The notes under the pieces: model-generated | What the model saw: the letters and a program-made list of their open reading frames with translations, nothing else | The model's database searches: none | Told to the model about the DNA's origin: nothing | Program-made: the position numbers and the translations under genes | Shown: positions 21,544 through 31,076 of the stretch, piece by piece | Layout of the letters: the number at the start of each line of letters is the position of its first letter | How positions within the stretch are numbered: position 1 is the stretch's first letter | Assembly (NCBI GenBank): GCA_963798845.1 | Contig: CAWCUS010000004.1 | Span: 224,001 to 288,000, forward strand | Origin: an uncultured Gemmatimonadales bacterium | GTDB taxonomy: Bacteria; Gemmatimonadota; Gemmatimonadetes; Longimicrobiales; RSA9 | Length of the DNA: 64,000 nt | Direction of reading: 5' to 3'

Positions 21544-22632
21544 GTGGCCCCGGGCGGGATCGCCGAGCGTGGAGAGTCGAGAGCGTCAGAAGACGGAGCG
21601 GCAGGCCTGGGGCGGGAAGCGCTCCGGGAGCTGTACTACTGGCTGCAGCTGACGCGGCAGGTCGAGAGCGCGCTCACGAACCTGTACAGACAGAACAAGG
21701 TAATCGGCGGTCTCTACCGCTCGCTCGGCCAGGAGGCCGGTGCGGTGGGGACCGCTTATGCGTTGCGGCGCAGGACGGACGGAACGGGGGACGTGATGTC
21801 GCCGGCGATCCGTGACCTGGGCGCGATGCTGATGATGGGCGCGGATGCGGCCGACGTCATGAAGCAGTACATGGCGAAGGCGGGCGGCCCGACCGGAGGC
21901 CGCGAAACGAACGTCCACTTCTCGGATCCCGCGCGTGGCTACATCGGTCTGATCTCCCATCTGGGGGTGATGGTCGGGGTGATGGCGGGCGTGGCGCTGT
22001 CGTTCAGGGTGCGGGGCGAAGACCGGGTGGCGCTGGTGTACAGCGGAGACGGCATGACCTCGACGGGCGGGTTCCACGAGGGGTTCAACCTGGCTGCGGT
22101 GCAGAAGCTCCCGCTCATCGTGGTGGTGGAGAGCAACGGCTACGCCTACTCCACGCCGACGCACCGGCAGTCGGCGGTCTCCTCGTTCGTGGAGAAGGCA
22201 GAGGGCTACGGCGTGCGGGGGGAGCAGGTGGACGGGAACGACGTGCTGGCGGTGCACGCGGCCACGGTCCGGGCGGTGGAGCATGCCCGGGGCGGTGGCG
22301 GCCCCACGCTGCTGGAGCTGCTGACGTACCGGCGAAAGGGGCACGCGGAGCACGACGCACAGAAGTACGTCCCGGTCGGGGAGCTCGAGACGTGGGAGGC
22401 TCGCGATCCCGTGTCGCGCTACGAGGCGCACCTGCTCGGCGGGGGCCACGCGACCGCGGCGGAGCTGGAGCGGATCCGCGAGCGGGTGAAGGGGGAGGTG
22501 GAGGCCGCGCGGGACGAGGCGGAGGCATCGCCGATGCCCGGGCCCACGTCCGGCGTGGATGGCGTGTATGGCGATGCTCCGGGGTGGATCCCCTGGACGC
22601 GCCGTGAACCGAACGAACCGCGCGAGGCTTGA
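21544..22632 (+). CDS. 2-oxoacid dehydrogenase E1 alpha subunit
   Basis: GQEA, TPP motif GDG...N, VDGND, YRRKGH. Confidence 0.9.
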   Translation: MAPGGIAERGESRASEDGAAGLGREALRELYYWLQLTRQVESALTNLYRQNKVIGGLYRSLGQEAGAVGTAYALRRRTDGTGDVMSPAIRDLGAMLMMGADAADVMKQYMAKAGGPTGGRETNVHFSDPARGYIGLISHLGVMVGVMAGVALSFRVRGEDRVALVYSGDGMTSTGGFHEGFNLAAVQKLPLIVVVESNGYAYSTPTHRQSAVSSFVEKAEGYGVRGEQVDGNDVLAVHAATVRAVEHARGGGGPTLLELLTYRRKGHAEHDAQKYVPVGELETWEARDPVSRYEAHLLGGGHATAAELERIRERVKGEVEAARDEAEASPMPGPTSGVDGVYGDAPGWIPWTRREPNEPREA

Positions 22633-23753
22633 TGGCCAAGACCGGCTCGAAGAAGGGAACGGCCGGCGCCCGCCAGGAAGCGGCCGGCGCAGACAACGGC
22701 GGCAGCCCCGGCTCGCCGGAGAATCCGGCCGCGATGCCCGAGAAGCCGGACCACGTTCGCCAGAGCGAGCGAGGCGAGCCGGTCACGATGCTGGAAGCGA
22801 TCCGCGAAGGTCTGTGGGAAGAGATGGTCCGCGACCCGAACGTGTTCCTGCTGGGTGAGGACATTGGCGCCTACGGCGGCGCCTTCAAGATGACCGACGG
22901 CTTCATCGAGTTTTTCGGTGAAGCGCGGGTGGTGGACACACCGATCAGCGAGGCGGGCTTCACGGGGGCCGCGGCGGGAGCGGCCCACATGGGGCTCCGC
23001 CCCGTGGTGGAGATGCAGTTCATGGATTTCGTGAGCTGCGCATACGAGCCGCTGACCAATTACATCGCCACCGCGCGCTGGCGGAAGGCCGGTGCGTTGC
23101 CCATGGTCATCCGTGGTCCGGTGGGTGGCGGCGTGCGAGGCGGCCCGTTCCACTCGCAGAATCCGGAAATGGCGTTCTTTCACACACCCGGACTCAAGAT
23201 CGTGTACCCGAGCACGGCCAGGGACGCCAAGGGGCTGCTGAAGGCGGCCATCCGGGACGAGGACCCCGTGCTGTTCTTCGAGCACAAGAAGCTCTACCGG
23301 GCCCCGTTCCTGCGTGAGGTGCTGCCGGCGGACGACTGCGTCGTTCAGCTGGGCGAGGCGAGGATCCACCGGGAGGGGACGGACCTCACGATCGTCACGT
23401 ACGGCAACATGGTCCACGAGAGCCAGAAGGCCGCCGAGCAGCTGGCCGAGGACGGGATCGAGATCGAGATCCTGGACCTGCGCTCGCTGATCCCCCTGGA
23501 CGAGGAAGCCATCGTCGCCAGCGTGAAGAAGACCAACCGGCTTCTGGTGGTCCACGAGGACACGCGCACGGGCGGGCTCGCGGGTGAGATCGCGATACGC
23601 GTCAGCGAGCGCGCCTTCGAGTGGCTCGATGCTCCGGTACTGCGCGTGACCGCGCTGGATACGCCCGTGCCCTACGCGCCGCCGCTGGAGGACTATTTTC
23701 TGCCGCACGTGGAGGATATCGTGACGGCGGGGCGATACCTGGTCGGGTACTGA
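22632..23753 (+). CDS. 2-oxoacid dehydrogenase E1 beta subunit
   Basis: GEDIG, DTPISE, EMQFMDF, GPFHSQ, EHKKLY, DLRSLIPLD. Confidence 0.92.
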   Translation: MAKTGSKKGTAGARQEAAGADNGGSPGSPENPAAMPEKPDHVRQSERGEPVTMLEAIREGLWEEMVRDPNVFLLGEDIGAYGGAFKMTDGFIEFFGEARVVDTPISEAGFTGAAAGAAHMGLRPVVEMQFMDFVSCAYEPLTNYIATARWRKAGALPMVIRGPVGGGVRGGPFHSQNPEMAFFHTPGLKIVYPSTARDAKGLLKAAIRDEDPVLFFEHKKLYRAPFLREVLPADDCVVQLGEARIHREGTDLTIVTYGNMVHESQKAAEQLAEDGIEIEILDLRSLIPLDEEAIVASVKKTNRLLVVHEDTRTGGLAGEIAIRVSERAFEWLDAPVLRVTALDTPVPYAPPLEDYFLPHVEDIVTAGRYLVGY

Positions 23754-23879
23754 GGGGGACCCGGGAGCCAGCGTCCGGAGACGGGCACAGGGGGCGTGAA
23801 ATCGAGGCCGCGAGCCGTCGCACGAAGGGCCGGCGACGGGGAAGCGGAGGCCGAAGAGAACTGCGAAACGGAATCCACG

Positions 23880-25313
23880 ATGCCGAAGATCGAAGTCCCG
23901 ATGCCGCAGATGGGGGAGTCCATCGCCGAAGGCACCGTCTCGCGCTGGCTCAAGCAGCCGGGCGATGCCGTCGAGCGGGACGAGCCGATCCTGGAGATCT
24001 CGACGGACAAGGTGGACGCGGAGATTCCCGCGCCCTCCGCCGGCACGCTGGTCGACATCCAGGTACAGGAAGGCGAGACGGTGGAAGTGGGGACGGTCGT
24101 CGCCTTCATCGACACGGAGGGCGGAGCGGGGGCCGCTCAGCCGAAGGCGGCCGCCGGGGCGGCGGTAGCCGAGGGGCAGGCGGCGCCGGAAGCGGAACCG
24201 GCTGAGGCGCCCGCGCCGGCGCCCGAGGCGGGGGCGGGTGGCGAGGCGAAGCCGTCGAAGCCGGAGCGCGAGCCGGCGGTGGCCACGGCGCCTTCGGGGA
24301 ATGGGGGTGGTGAGGAAACGGCGGACGAGCGGCTGCGGCGTCGGTCGACGCCGCTGGTGCGGCGGATCGCGGCGGAGCACGACGTGGACCTGTCGCAGGT
24401 GGAGGGCTCGGGGCGGGCCGGGCGCGTGACGAAGCAGGACGTTATGGCCTTCCTGGACCAGCGGGAGGAGGCGCCGGCGGCGGAGCCATCGAAGCCGGGC
24501 GCGCAGCCTTCGAAGCAGCCGGCCGGTGCGCCGGCGGGCGGGGCGATGGGTGCGGACGAGCTGTGGCGGCGGTTCTACGGCGAGGTGCAGCACCCGGAGT
24601 GGCCGGTGCGAGAAGGGGACCGGGTGGAGAAGATGGATCGGATCCGTCGTCTGACGGCGGACCACATGGTCCTGGCGAAGCGCGTGGCGCCGCACGTCCA
24701 CTCCTTCATCGAGGTAGACTTCACGCGCGTGGACCGGATCAGGAAGGCGAACAAGGCGAAGTGGACCGCGGAGGGGAACAAGGTCAGCTTCACTGCCTTC
24801 GTGGGCTGGGCCGTGGCGAAGGCGCTGCGGGAGTTCCCGCACGTGAACGGCACGGTGTCTGGCGAAAACCTGATCTTCCGGGGCAGCATCAACATCGGGA
24901 TCGCTGTGGACCTGGACCCGGGGCTGATCGTGCCGGTCGTGCGGAACGCCGAGGAGCTGACGCTGGTGGGGATCGCCAAGCGGATCGCCGACCTGGCGGG
25001 CCGCGCCCGGGCTCGGAAGCTGAAGCCGGACGAGATCCAGGGCGCGACGTTCTCCATCACGAACCCGGGCGTGCTCGGCACGTACGTGGGGATGCCGATC
25101 ATCCCGGAGGGGACGGCGGCGATCCTGGGGACGGGAAGCATAGAGAAGCGCCCGGTCGTCGTCGAAGTGGATGGCGCGGACAGCATCGCGATCCGGCTCC
25201 GCTGCATGTTCTCCCTCGGCTACGACCACCGCATCGTGGACGGCGCGGACGCGGCGCGCTTCCTGGCGCGGGTGAAGGAGATCCTGGAAACGTTCCCGGA
25301 GGAGGCGGCGTAG
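23880..25313 (+). CDS. Dihydrolipoamide acyltransferase (E2)
   Basis: Lipoyl domain (EISTDKVDAE), E3-binding domain (GSGRAGRVTK), catalytic DHRIVDG. Confidence 0.93.
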   Translation: MPKIEVPMPQMGESIAEGTVSRWLKQPGDAVERDEPILEISTDKVDAEIPAPSAGTLVDIQVQEGETVEVGTVVAFIDTEGGAGAAQPKAAAGAAVAEGQAAPEAEPAEAPAPAPEAGAGGEAKPSKPEREPAVATAPSGNGGGEETADERLRRRSTPLVRRIAAEHDVDLSQVEGSGRAGRVTKQDVMAFLDQREEAPAAEPSKPGAQPSKQPAGAPAGGAMGADELWRRFYGEVQHPEWPVREGDRVEKMDRIRRLTADHMVLAKRVAPHVHSFIEVDFTRVDRIRKANKAKWTAEGNKVSFTAFVGWAVAKALREFPHVNGTVSGENLIFRGSINIGIAVDLDPGLIVPVVRNAEELTLVGIAKRIADLAGRARARKLKPDEIQGATFSITNPGVLGTYVGMPIIPEGTAAILGTGSIEKRPVVVEVDGADSIAIRLRCMFSLGYDHRIVDGADAARFLARVKEILETFPEEAA

Positions 25314-25375
25314 GCGCTCGCGTTCGGGTCGCGTGGAGCGCGGCCTTGCAGACGCGTGCAGCCGGGATAGGGCAG

Positions 25376-26119
25376 ATGAATCGAAGGACCACGACCGGTG
25401 AGGCCGGGGAGCGGACCCTGGAGGTCCGGCGCCTCGGCCTCATCTCGTACGCGGACGGGCTGGCGCTGCAGGAGCGCCTCATCCGGGAGCGGCGGGCGGG
25501 CGAGGTCCCGGATCAGCTGCTCCTGCTGGAGCATCCGCACGTGATCACGCTGGGGACGGCGGCGGACGCGAACCACGTGCTGCTGGACGAGGCCGAACGG
25601 CGCCTGATGGGGATCGAGCTCTTCGACACCGGGCGCGGGGGTGACGTCACCTACCACGGCCCCGGGCAGCTGGTGGGCTATCCGATCCTGGACCTGAAGC
25701 CGGACCGGAAGGATCTGCACCGGTACGTGCGCGATCTGGAGGAAGCTCTGATCCGCGCAATGGCGGCATTCGGGATCCTGGGCGGCCGAAAGGAAGGGCT
25801 GACGGGGGTCTGGGCCGGCGACGACAAGCTGGCCGCCATCGGCGTCCGGGTCTCGAGCCGGTGGATCACGTCGCACGGCTTCGCCCTGAACGTGGCCACC
25901 GACCTGGATTTCTTCGATGCCATCGTGCCGTGCGGGATCCGCGACTTCGGCGTCACGTCGATGGCGCGGCTGCTGGGCCGCGGGCCGGGGATGCGTGCCG
26001 TGGAGGAGGCGGTAGTGGAAGCGGTATCGGGAGTCTTCGGCCGGTCCCCTCGCGCCCGCAACGCTTCGGATCAGGGCGCGGGCACGGGGTTGAAGGGCTC
26101 ATCGTCGGCCGGCGGCTGA
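25376..26119 (+). CDS. lipB: Lipoyl(octanoyl) transferase
   Basis: LLEHPHV, RGGDVTYHGPGQL, KLAAIG, HGFALN, PCGI. Confidence 0.95.
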   Translation: MNRRTTTGEAGERTLEVRRLGLISYADGLALQERLIRERRAGEVPDQLLLLEHPHVITLGTAADANHVLLDEAERRLMGIELFDTGRGGDVTYHGPGQLVGYPILDLKPDRKDLHRYVRDLEEALIRAMAAFGILGGRKEGLTGVWAGDDKLAAIGVRVSSRWITSHGFALNVATDLDFFDAIVPCGIRDFGVTSMARLLGRGPGMRAVEEAVVEAVSGVFGRSPRARNASDQGAGTGLKGSSSAGG

Positions 26120-26688
26120 AACTCGTAGAAGTCGACAAAGGCCCCGGACTTCTCCCGCTGCTCCTCGAGCCACGCGCCGAAGCCGGAATCCACGAGGCCG
26201 CCCGACGCGTCCTGCTGCTTCGCGGCGCGCACGGCGAGGTCGTTGGCGTACTCGTTCTGCGGGTGGCCGGCGTGACCGCGGACCCAGCGCCAGTCGACCT
26301 TGTGGCGCCCGGCCACGGGGAGCAGGGCCTGCCACAGGTCGGCGTTCTCCACCGGCCCCGTCTTCCGTTTCCAGCTGCGCCGGACCCAACCCGCCATCCA
26401 CTCGCGCATCCCCTTGATCAGATACTGGGAGTCGGAGGTGAAGATGACCCGGCAGGGCCGCTTCAGCGCCCGCAGGCCTTCTGTCGCGCTCCGGATGGCC
26501 ATGCGGTTGTTCGTGGTGGCGGGCTCGCTGACCCAGTAGTCGCGGCGCACCCATGCGTCGTGGCGCCAGTACTCGACCAGGCCGCCGGCGCCGCCGGGTG
26601 AGTCGCGGTCGGTGAACTGAACGCCGAGGCACGACTCGTCGGCATAGATTCGGACCAGCGGTTCGGAGCTCGGATCGGTACGGTTCAT
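26071..26688 (-). CDS. rnhA: Ribonuclease HI with atypical DEDN active site
   Basis: YADESCLG, TTNNRM, SDSQY, NADLW, WVRGHAGHPQNE. Confidence 0.9.
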   Translation of the reverse strand: MNRTDPSSEPLVRIYADESCLGVQFTDRDSPGGAGGLVEYWRHDAWVRRDYWVSEPATTNNRMAIRSATEGLRALKRPCRVIFTSDSQYLIKGMREWMAGWVRRSWKRKTGPVENADLWQALLPVAGRHKVDWRWVRGHAGHPQNEYANDLAVRAAKQQDASGGLVDSGFGAWLEEQREKSGAFVDFYEFQPPADDEPFNPVPAP

Positions 26689-26789
26689 GGGCCGGGCAAG
26701 GTAGCAGGATGGTCCGGGGGCAGAAACCGGGTCCTCCGGTGACCGGGCACTGGCCTCTGCGCGCAATCGCCGCTATCATCGCGTCGCCG

Positions 26790-27917
26790 ATGTCCCTGGA
26801 CCATCCCGAACCCGGATACCTGCTGCTCGAGGACGGCCGCGTCTTCGAGGGCGAGCTCGCCGGCGCCCACGGCGTCGCCTTGGGCGAGGTGGTGTTCAAC
26901 ACGTCGATGAGCGGGTATCAGGAGGTTCTCACCGACCCGTCCTACGCCGGCCAGATCGTCGCGATGACCTACCCGCTGATCGGCAACTACGGGATCACCG
27001 GAGCCGACGAGGAGTCCGCACACCCGCAGGTGGCCGGATTCGTGGTGCGTGAGCTGTCGCCGACGTACACGGGGTGGCGAGCGGAGGGCTCGCTGGACGC
27101 GTACCTGCGGACGAGCGGCATCACGGCGCTCACCGAGGTGGACACACGCGCCCTCACCCGCCACATCCGATCCCGTGGCGCCATGCGCGCCGGGATCGCG
27201 TCGCGGGATCTTCCGGAGTCGGCGCTGCGGGAGCGGATCGAGGCTCACCCGCAGATGGCGGGGCTCGACCTCACCGGGCAGGTCTCCACGCGACACGTGT
27301 ACGACGTCCCGGCGGCGGGCCGGGAGCGCTTCCTGGTGGTGGCGTACGACTTCGGCATCAAGCGCAATTCGCCCCGGCTGCTGGCGGAGCGAGGATGCCG
27401 GGTCCGGACGGTGCCGCGCGGCGCGTCGCCGGAGGAAGTGCTTGAGTCCGGCCTCGACGGCCTGTTCATCTCGAACGGCCCCGGCGATCCCGAGGCGGTG
27501 GCGCACGCCCTCGCGACGATCCGCGGCGCGGTGGAGCGAGGGATCCCGGTATTCGGGATCTGCCTCGGGCACCAGCTCATCGCCCGCGCGTTCGGCGGCA
27601 GCACGTACAAGCTGCTGTACGGCCACCGCGCGGCGAATCACCCGGTCCGCCGTCTCGGCGACGGGGCCGTGGAGATCACGGCGCAGAATCACGGCTTCGC
27701 GGTGCGCAGGGGAGACGGCGACGCCATCGAGGGTGCGCCGGCGCTGCGGCTCACGCACATCAACCTGAACGACGGGACGGTGGAGGGGCTCGAGCACCGC
27801 GAGCTCCCGGTGTTCAGCGTTCAGTACCACCCCGAAGCGGCGCCCGGCCCGCACGACTCGCGGTACCTGTTCGACCGCTTCGTCTCCAAAATGGCGCAAG
27901 TGCGAGGAGAGTCTTGA
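26790..27917 (+). CDS. carA: Carbamoyl-phosphate synthase small subunit
   Basis: GEVVFNTSMSGYQE, SNGPGDP, GICLGHQ, QYHPEA. Confidence 0.96.
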   Translation: MSLDHPEPGYLLLEDGRVFEGELAGAHGVALGEVVFNTSMSGYQEVLTDPSYAGQIVAMTYPLIGNYGITGADEESAHPQVAGFVVRELSPTYTGWRAEGSLDAYLRTSGITALTEVDTRALTRHIRSRGAMRAGIASRDLPESALRERIEAHPQMAGLDLTGQVSTRHVYDVPAAGRERFLVVAYDFGIKRNSPRLLAERGCRVRTVPRGASPEEVLESGLDGLFISNGPGDPEAVAHALATIRGAVERGIPVFGICLGHQLIARAFGGSTYKLLYGHRAANHPVRRLGDGAVEITAQNHGFAVRRGDGDAIEGAPALRLTHINLNDGTVEGLEHRELPVFSVQYHPEAAPGPHDSRYLFDRFVSKMAQVRGES

Positions 27918-27943
27918 CTTGCGCGACTCGAGCGCATTAAGGT
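27914..27943 (+). promoter_or_regulatory. Putative sigma70 promoter for sppA
   Basis: TTGACT-N18-TAAGGT; the -35 box contains the carA stop codon. Confidence 0.45.
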
Positions 27944-27992
27944 TCTGCGTCGCGCTCTCCCGACCTAACTTCTGAATTCGCGGCGGTTTGGC

Positions 27993-28892
27993 GTGTCCCG
28001 GCGCTCACTGACCACAGCGCTCCTGGTGGGGCTGCTGTCCCTGATGACGGTGACCGGGCTCGTGCTCGCGGTCTACCGGGTCGCGGGCGGGAGCTGGGGC
28101 TTCGGTGGTCGCATCGCGCTCCTGGAGGTGCAGGGGGTGATCGGCGACGACGGCCCGTTCCTGGATGACGTGCGGCGTCTCCAGCGCGACCGCTCGGTTC
28201 GGGGGTGGGTGGTCGAGATCAACAGCCCGGGCGGAGTGGTGGCGCCGGCTCAGAGCATTCACGATCGGCTGCAGCGCCTCCGCAGCGAGAACGGCCAGCC
28301 GGTGGTGGCGTCGATCGGGGGCGTGGGCGCTTCGGGTGGCTACTACGTGGCGCTCGGCGCCGACTCGATCCTGGCGTTGCCCGGCAGCATCACCGGCTCC
28401 ATCGGGGTGATCATGGAGTATCCGAACGTGCAGGACCTGATGGACAAGGTCGGCGTCCGGATGGAGGTGGTGAAGGCGGGAAAGCAGAAGGACGTGGGGT
28501 CGCCGTTCCGCGAGCTGGAGCCCGAGGAGCGCGCGCTTCTCGATCGGATGCTGGAGGACGTGCACACGCAGTTCATCGAAGCGGTCGCGGAAGCCCGCGG
28601 GATGGCGGTGGAGCAGGTCCGACCGCTTGCAGATGGCCGGATCTTCTCGGGTCGGGAAGCGCGGAGCCTCGGGTTGGTGGACCGCCTGGGGAACCGCGAC
28701 GAGGCGATCCGCCTGGCGGGACTCATGGCCGGGCTGGGGCCCGACCCGAACATCGTCCGGCCGCCGCGGGAGCAGGGGCGATGGCTGGTGGACGCGCTGT
28801 TGGGGGAGAGCACGGTGGCGGCGCTGAGAGCGCTGACACGCGGGCCGGCGAGCGCCGGTGCGTGGCTGACCGTGAAGTACATGATCCACTGA
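27993..28892 (+). CDS. sppA: Signal peptide peptidase SppA (short type)
   Basis: N-terminal TM, INSPGG, ASGGYY, GSIGV, ADGRIF. Confidence 0.93.
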   Translation: MSRRSLTTALLVGLLSLMTVTGLVLAVYRVAGGSWGFGGRIALLEVQGVIGDDGPFLDDVRRLQRDRSVRGWVVEINSPGGVVAPAQSIHDRLQRLRSENGQPVVASIGGVGASGGYYVALGADSILALPGSITGSIGVIMEYPNVQDLMDKVGVRMEVVKAGKQKDVGSPFRELEPEERALLDRMLEDVHTQFIEAVAEARGMAVEQVRPLADGRIFSGREARSLGLVDRLGNRDEAIRLAGLMAGLGPDPNIVRPPREQGRWLVDALLGESTVAALRALTRGPASAGAWLTVKYMIH

Positions 28893-28960
28893 GCAGGACC
28901 ACATCTGAGGATGGATCGGGGCGATGCGGCCCCGACGGACCCTGGAGGGACGGAGGCATC

Positions 28961-29266
28961 ATGACGAAGGCGGATCTCGTTGAGCAGGTGGCCGAAGCGA
29001 TCGGCCCCGGCATTACGAAGAAAGACTGTGCGCTCGTAGTGGACGGCCTGCTGAACGCCGTGAAGGCGGCGCTGGCCGAGCACGACAACATCGAGATCCG
29101 GGGCTTCGGCACCTTCAAAGTCCGGGAGCGGAAGTCGCGGGTGGCGAGGAACCCCCGGACGGGGGACCGGGTGGAGGTCCCGGCGCGCGCGGTTCCCGTG
29201 TTCAAGCCGTCGAAGGACCTGCGCGAGCAGGTGATGGAAGCGGCAGTGGCGGCCGGCAACGGCTGA
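28961..29266 (+). CDS. HU/IHF family DNA-binding protein
   Basis: MTKADL, IEIRGFGTF, ARNPRTG, FKPSK. Confidence 0.95.
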   Translation: MTKADLVEQVAEAIGPGITKKDCALVVDGLLNAVKAALAEHDNIEIRGFGTFKVRERKSRVARNPRTGDRVEVPARAVPVFKPSKDLREQVMEAAVAAGNG

Positions 29267-29291
29267 GGCCCACCGCTTTCACACAGTACGG

Positions 29292-29327
29292 GAGGACCCC
29301 GTCCGGCGCCCACCGGACGGGGTCCTC
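29292..29327 (+). terminator. GC-rich hairpin after the HU/IHF gene
   Basis: GAGGACCCCGTCCGG-cgccca-CCGGACGGGGTCCTC, 15-bp perfect stem; weak U-tract. Confidence 0.6.
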
Positions 29328-29366
29328 GTGCTTAACGAAGTCGCGCCGTGCGCGGTCTGAAGGGAA

Positions 29367-29924
29367 GTGAGCGATGCAGGGCTGGCCCAGGTGAGGGCGG
29401 ACGAACGGGATCTGGTGGCCCGTGCGCAGGCGGGTGACGAAGCGGCGCTGGACGCGCTCGTCGCCAGCCACACCCGCGCCGTCTACCAGGTGACCTACCG
29501 GATCCTCGGAGATCCGGAGCTGGCGGCCGACGCCGCCCAGGACACCTTCGTCCGGGCGGTGCGCGGGCTTCCGGGGTTCCAGGGCGAGTCGAGCTTTCGG
29601 ACGTGGCTGCTGCGCATCGCGGCGAACACGGCCCGCTCGGCGGGGCGGTGGAAGACGAGGCGGCGGGAGGTGGCGCTGGAGATGGCCGGTCCGTCGCCGG
29701 CCCCGGGGCCGAGCCCGGAGCAGAGGGCTCTCACGCAGGTGGAAGCGGAGCGGGTGACGCGAGCGCTGGCCCGGCTGCCGGAGAAGCAGCGGCTCGCGGT
29801 CAGCCTCCGCGTTTACGAGGACATGAGCCATCGGGAGATCGGCGCGGTGATCGGGTCGTCGGAGACGGCGGCGAGGGTGAACTACCATCTGGGAATCCGG
29901 AAGCTGAGAGAATGGCTGGCATGA
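29367..29924 (+). CDS. ECF RNA polymerase sigma factor
   Basis: DAAQDTF...SSFRTWLLRIAAN; LPEKQR...SHREIG. Confidence 0.92.
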   Translation: MSDAGLAQVRADERDLVARAQAGDEAALDALVASHTRAVYQVTYRILGDPELAADAAQDTFVRAVRGLPGFQGESSFRTWLLRIAANTARSAGRWKTRRREVALEMAGPSPAPGPSPEQRALTQVEAERVTRALARLPEKQRLAVSLRVYEDMSHREIGAVIGSSETAARVNYHLGIRKLREWLA

Positions 29925-30451
29925 GCAGGGAGTGCGAGCTCTACACGGACGCGCTGTTGGAGCACGCGGCGGGGCGCCTGCCGACGTCCCGGGCGACGGC
30001 CGTGCAGGAGCACCTGGCCGGGTGCGCGGAGTGCCGCCAGGACATGGCGGTGCTCCAGCGTCTCCGGTCAGCGGAGAGCCCGCTCCCGGCGGGACTGGAT
30101 GCCCGAGTCCGGCGGGCCGCGCTGGCCGAGGCGGGCCGGTTGGCGGCGGAGCGGACGGCGCTGCGGGGGGCAGCGTCTCCGGCCCGCGCGCGGGGCGTTC
30201 GCCCTGCGCGGTGGATCCCCTGGGCGCTGCCGGCTGCGGCCGCAGCGGCGCTGACCCTCGTATGGTCCGGGATCATCGCGCCGGACTCGGGCGGGGTGGG
30301 ACGGGACGGTGCAGCGGAGCTCGCCGCGGCCGAGAGCTACGAGCCGTTCGGCGCGTGGCCGGCGGCGGATGGCATGGTGGCCGGCGAACCGGTGCTCACG
30401 GATCTGTCGGAGGAGCAGCTGCAGAGTCTGCTGGAGGACATGGAATCATGA
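29921..30451 (+). CDS. Zinc-binding (ZAS, zf-HC2) membrane anti-sigma factor
   Basis: HLAGCAEC (HxxxCxxC) plus one TM helix; ATGA overlap with the sigma gene. Confidence 0.85.
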   Translation: MSRECELYTDALLEHAAGRLPTSRATAVQEHLAGCAECRQDMAVLQRLRSAESPLPAGLDARVRRAALAEAGRLAAERTALRGAASPARARGVRPARWIPWALPAAAAAALTLVWSGIIAPDSGGVGRDGAAELAAAESYEPFGAWPAADGMVAGEPVLTDLSEEQLQSLLEDMES

Positions 30452-30978
30452 AGATCAGGGTGCGGAGCCTGATGGTGGTGGTCCTGGCCGTGGCGCCGGC
30501 GGGCGCGGCGGCGCAGGGACAGGGGCGCCCGGGTCAGCAGCGGCCGCCGGCGGAGCAGCGTCGGTCGGCGCTGGCCGACCAGGTCCACGAGCGGTTCATG
30601 GGGCAGGTGGCGAGCCGTCTCGGGCTGACAGAGGAGCAGCGCGGCAAGCTGGACAATGTGCTCGCGAAGGGCATGGAGGCCCGGCGCGAGCTGGCCGCCG
30701 AGAGCCAGGCGCTGCGCATGGAGCTCATGCGGGCGGTGCGCTCCGACAGCGCCGGCGAGGCGACGTACCGCGGGATCCTGGACCGTGTCCGCGCGGTGCG
30801 CGCCCGGGAACGGTCCATCGAGGACCGCGAGTCGCGCGAGCTCGGATCGTTCCTGGATGCGCGGCAGCAGGCCATGTTCCTGGTCATGCGCATGCAGTTC
30901 AACGATCGGATTCAGCGGATGCGTGGTGGCCCGGCCGCTGGCCGGGGCGGAGGCGGTCCGGGCAACATGAGGTTCTGA
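30448..30978 (+). CDS. Spy/CpxP/ZraP-like periplasmic helical protein
   Basis: Signal peptide, LGLTEEQ and LDARQQ (LTxxQ-like) motifs, Gly/Arg-rich tail. Confidence 0.7.
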   Translation: MKIRVRSLMVVVLAVAPAGAAAQGQGRPGQQRPPAEQRRSALADQVHERFMGQVASRLGLTEEQRGKLDNVLAKGMEARRELAAESQALRMELMRAVRSDSAGEATYRGILDRVRAVRARERSIEDRESRELGSFLDARQQAMFLVMRMQFNDRIQRMRGGPAAGRGGGGPGNMRF

Positions 30979-31011
30979 GACCACCCGGACGACCTCCACA
31001 GGGTGGCAAGG

Positions 31012-31055
31012 AGCCCGTTCGTCCTTTCTGGCGAAGGACGGACGGGCTATCTTTT
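31012..31055 (+). terminator. Intrinsic terminator of the ECF operon
   Basis: AGCCCGTTCGTCCTT-7 nt-AAGGACGGACGGGCT (one G-U pair) followed by ATCTTTT. Confidence 0.7.
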
Positions 31056-31076
31056 CGCCCGCATCAGGGGGGAGTG

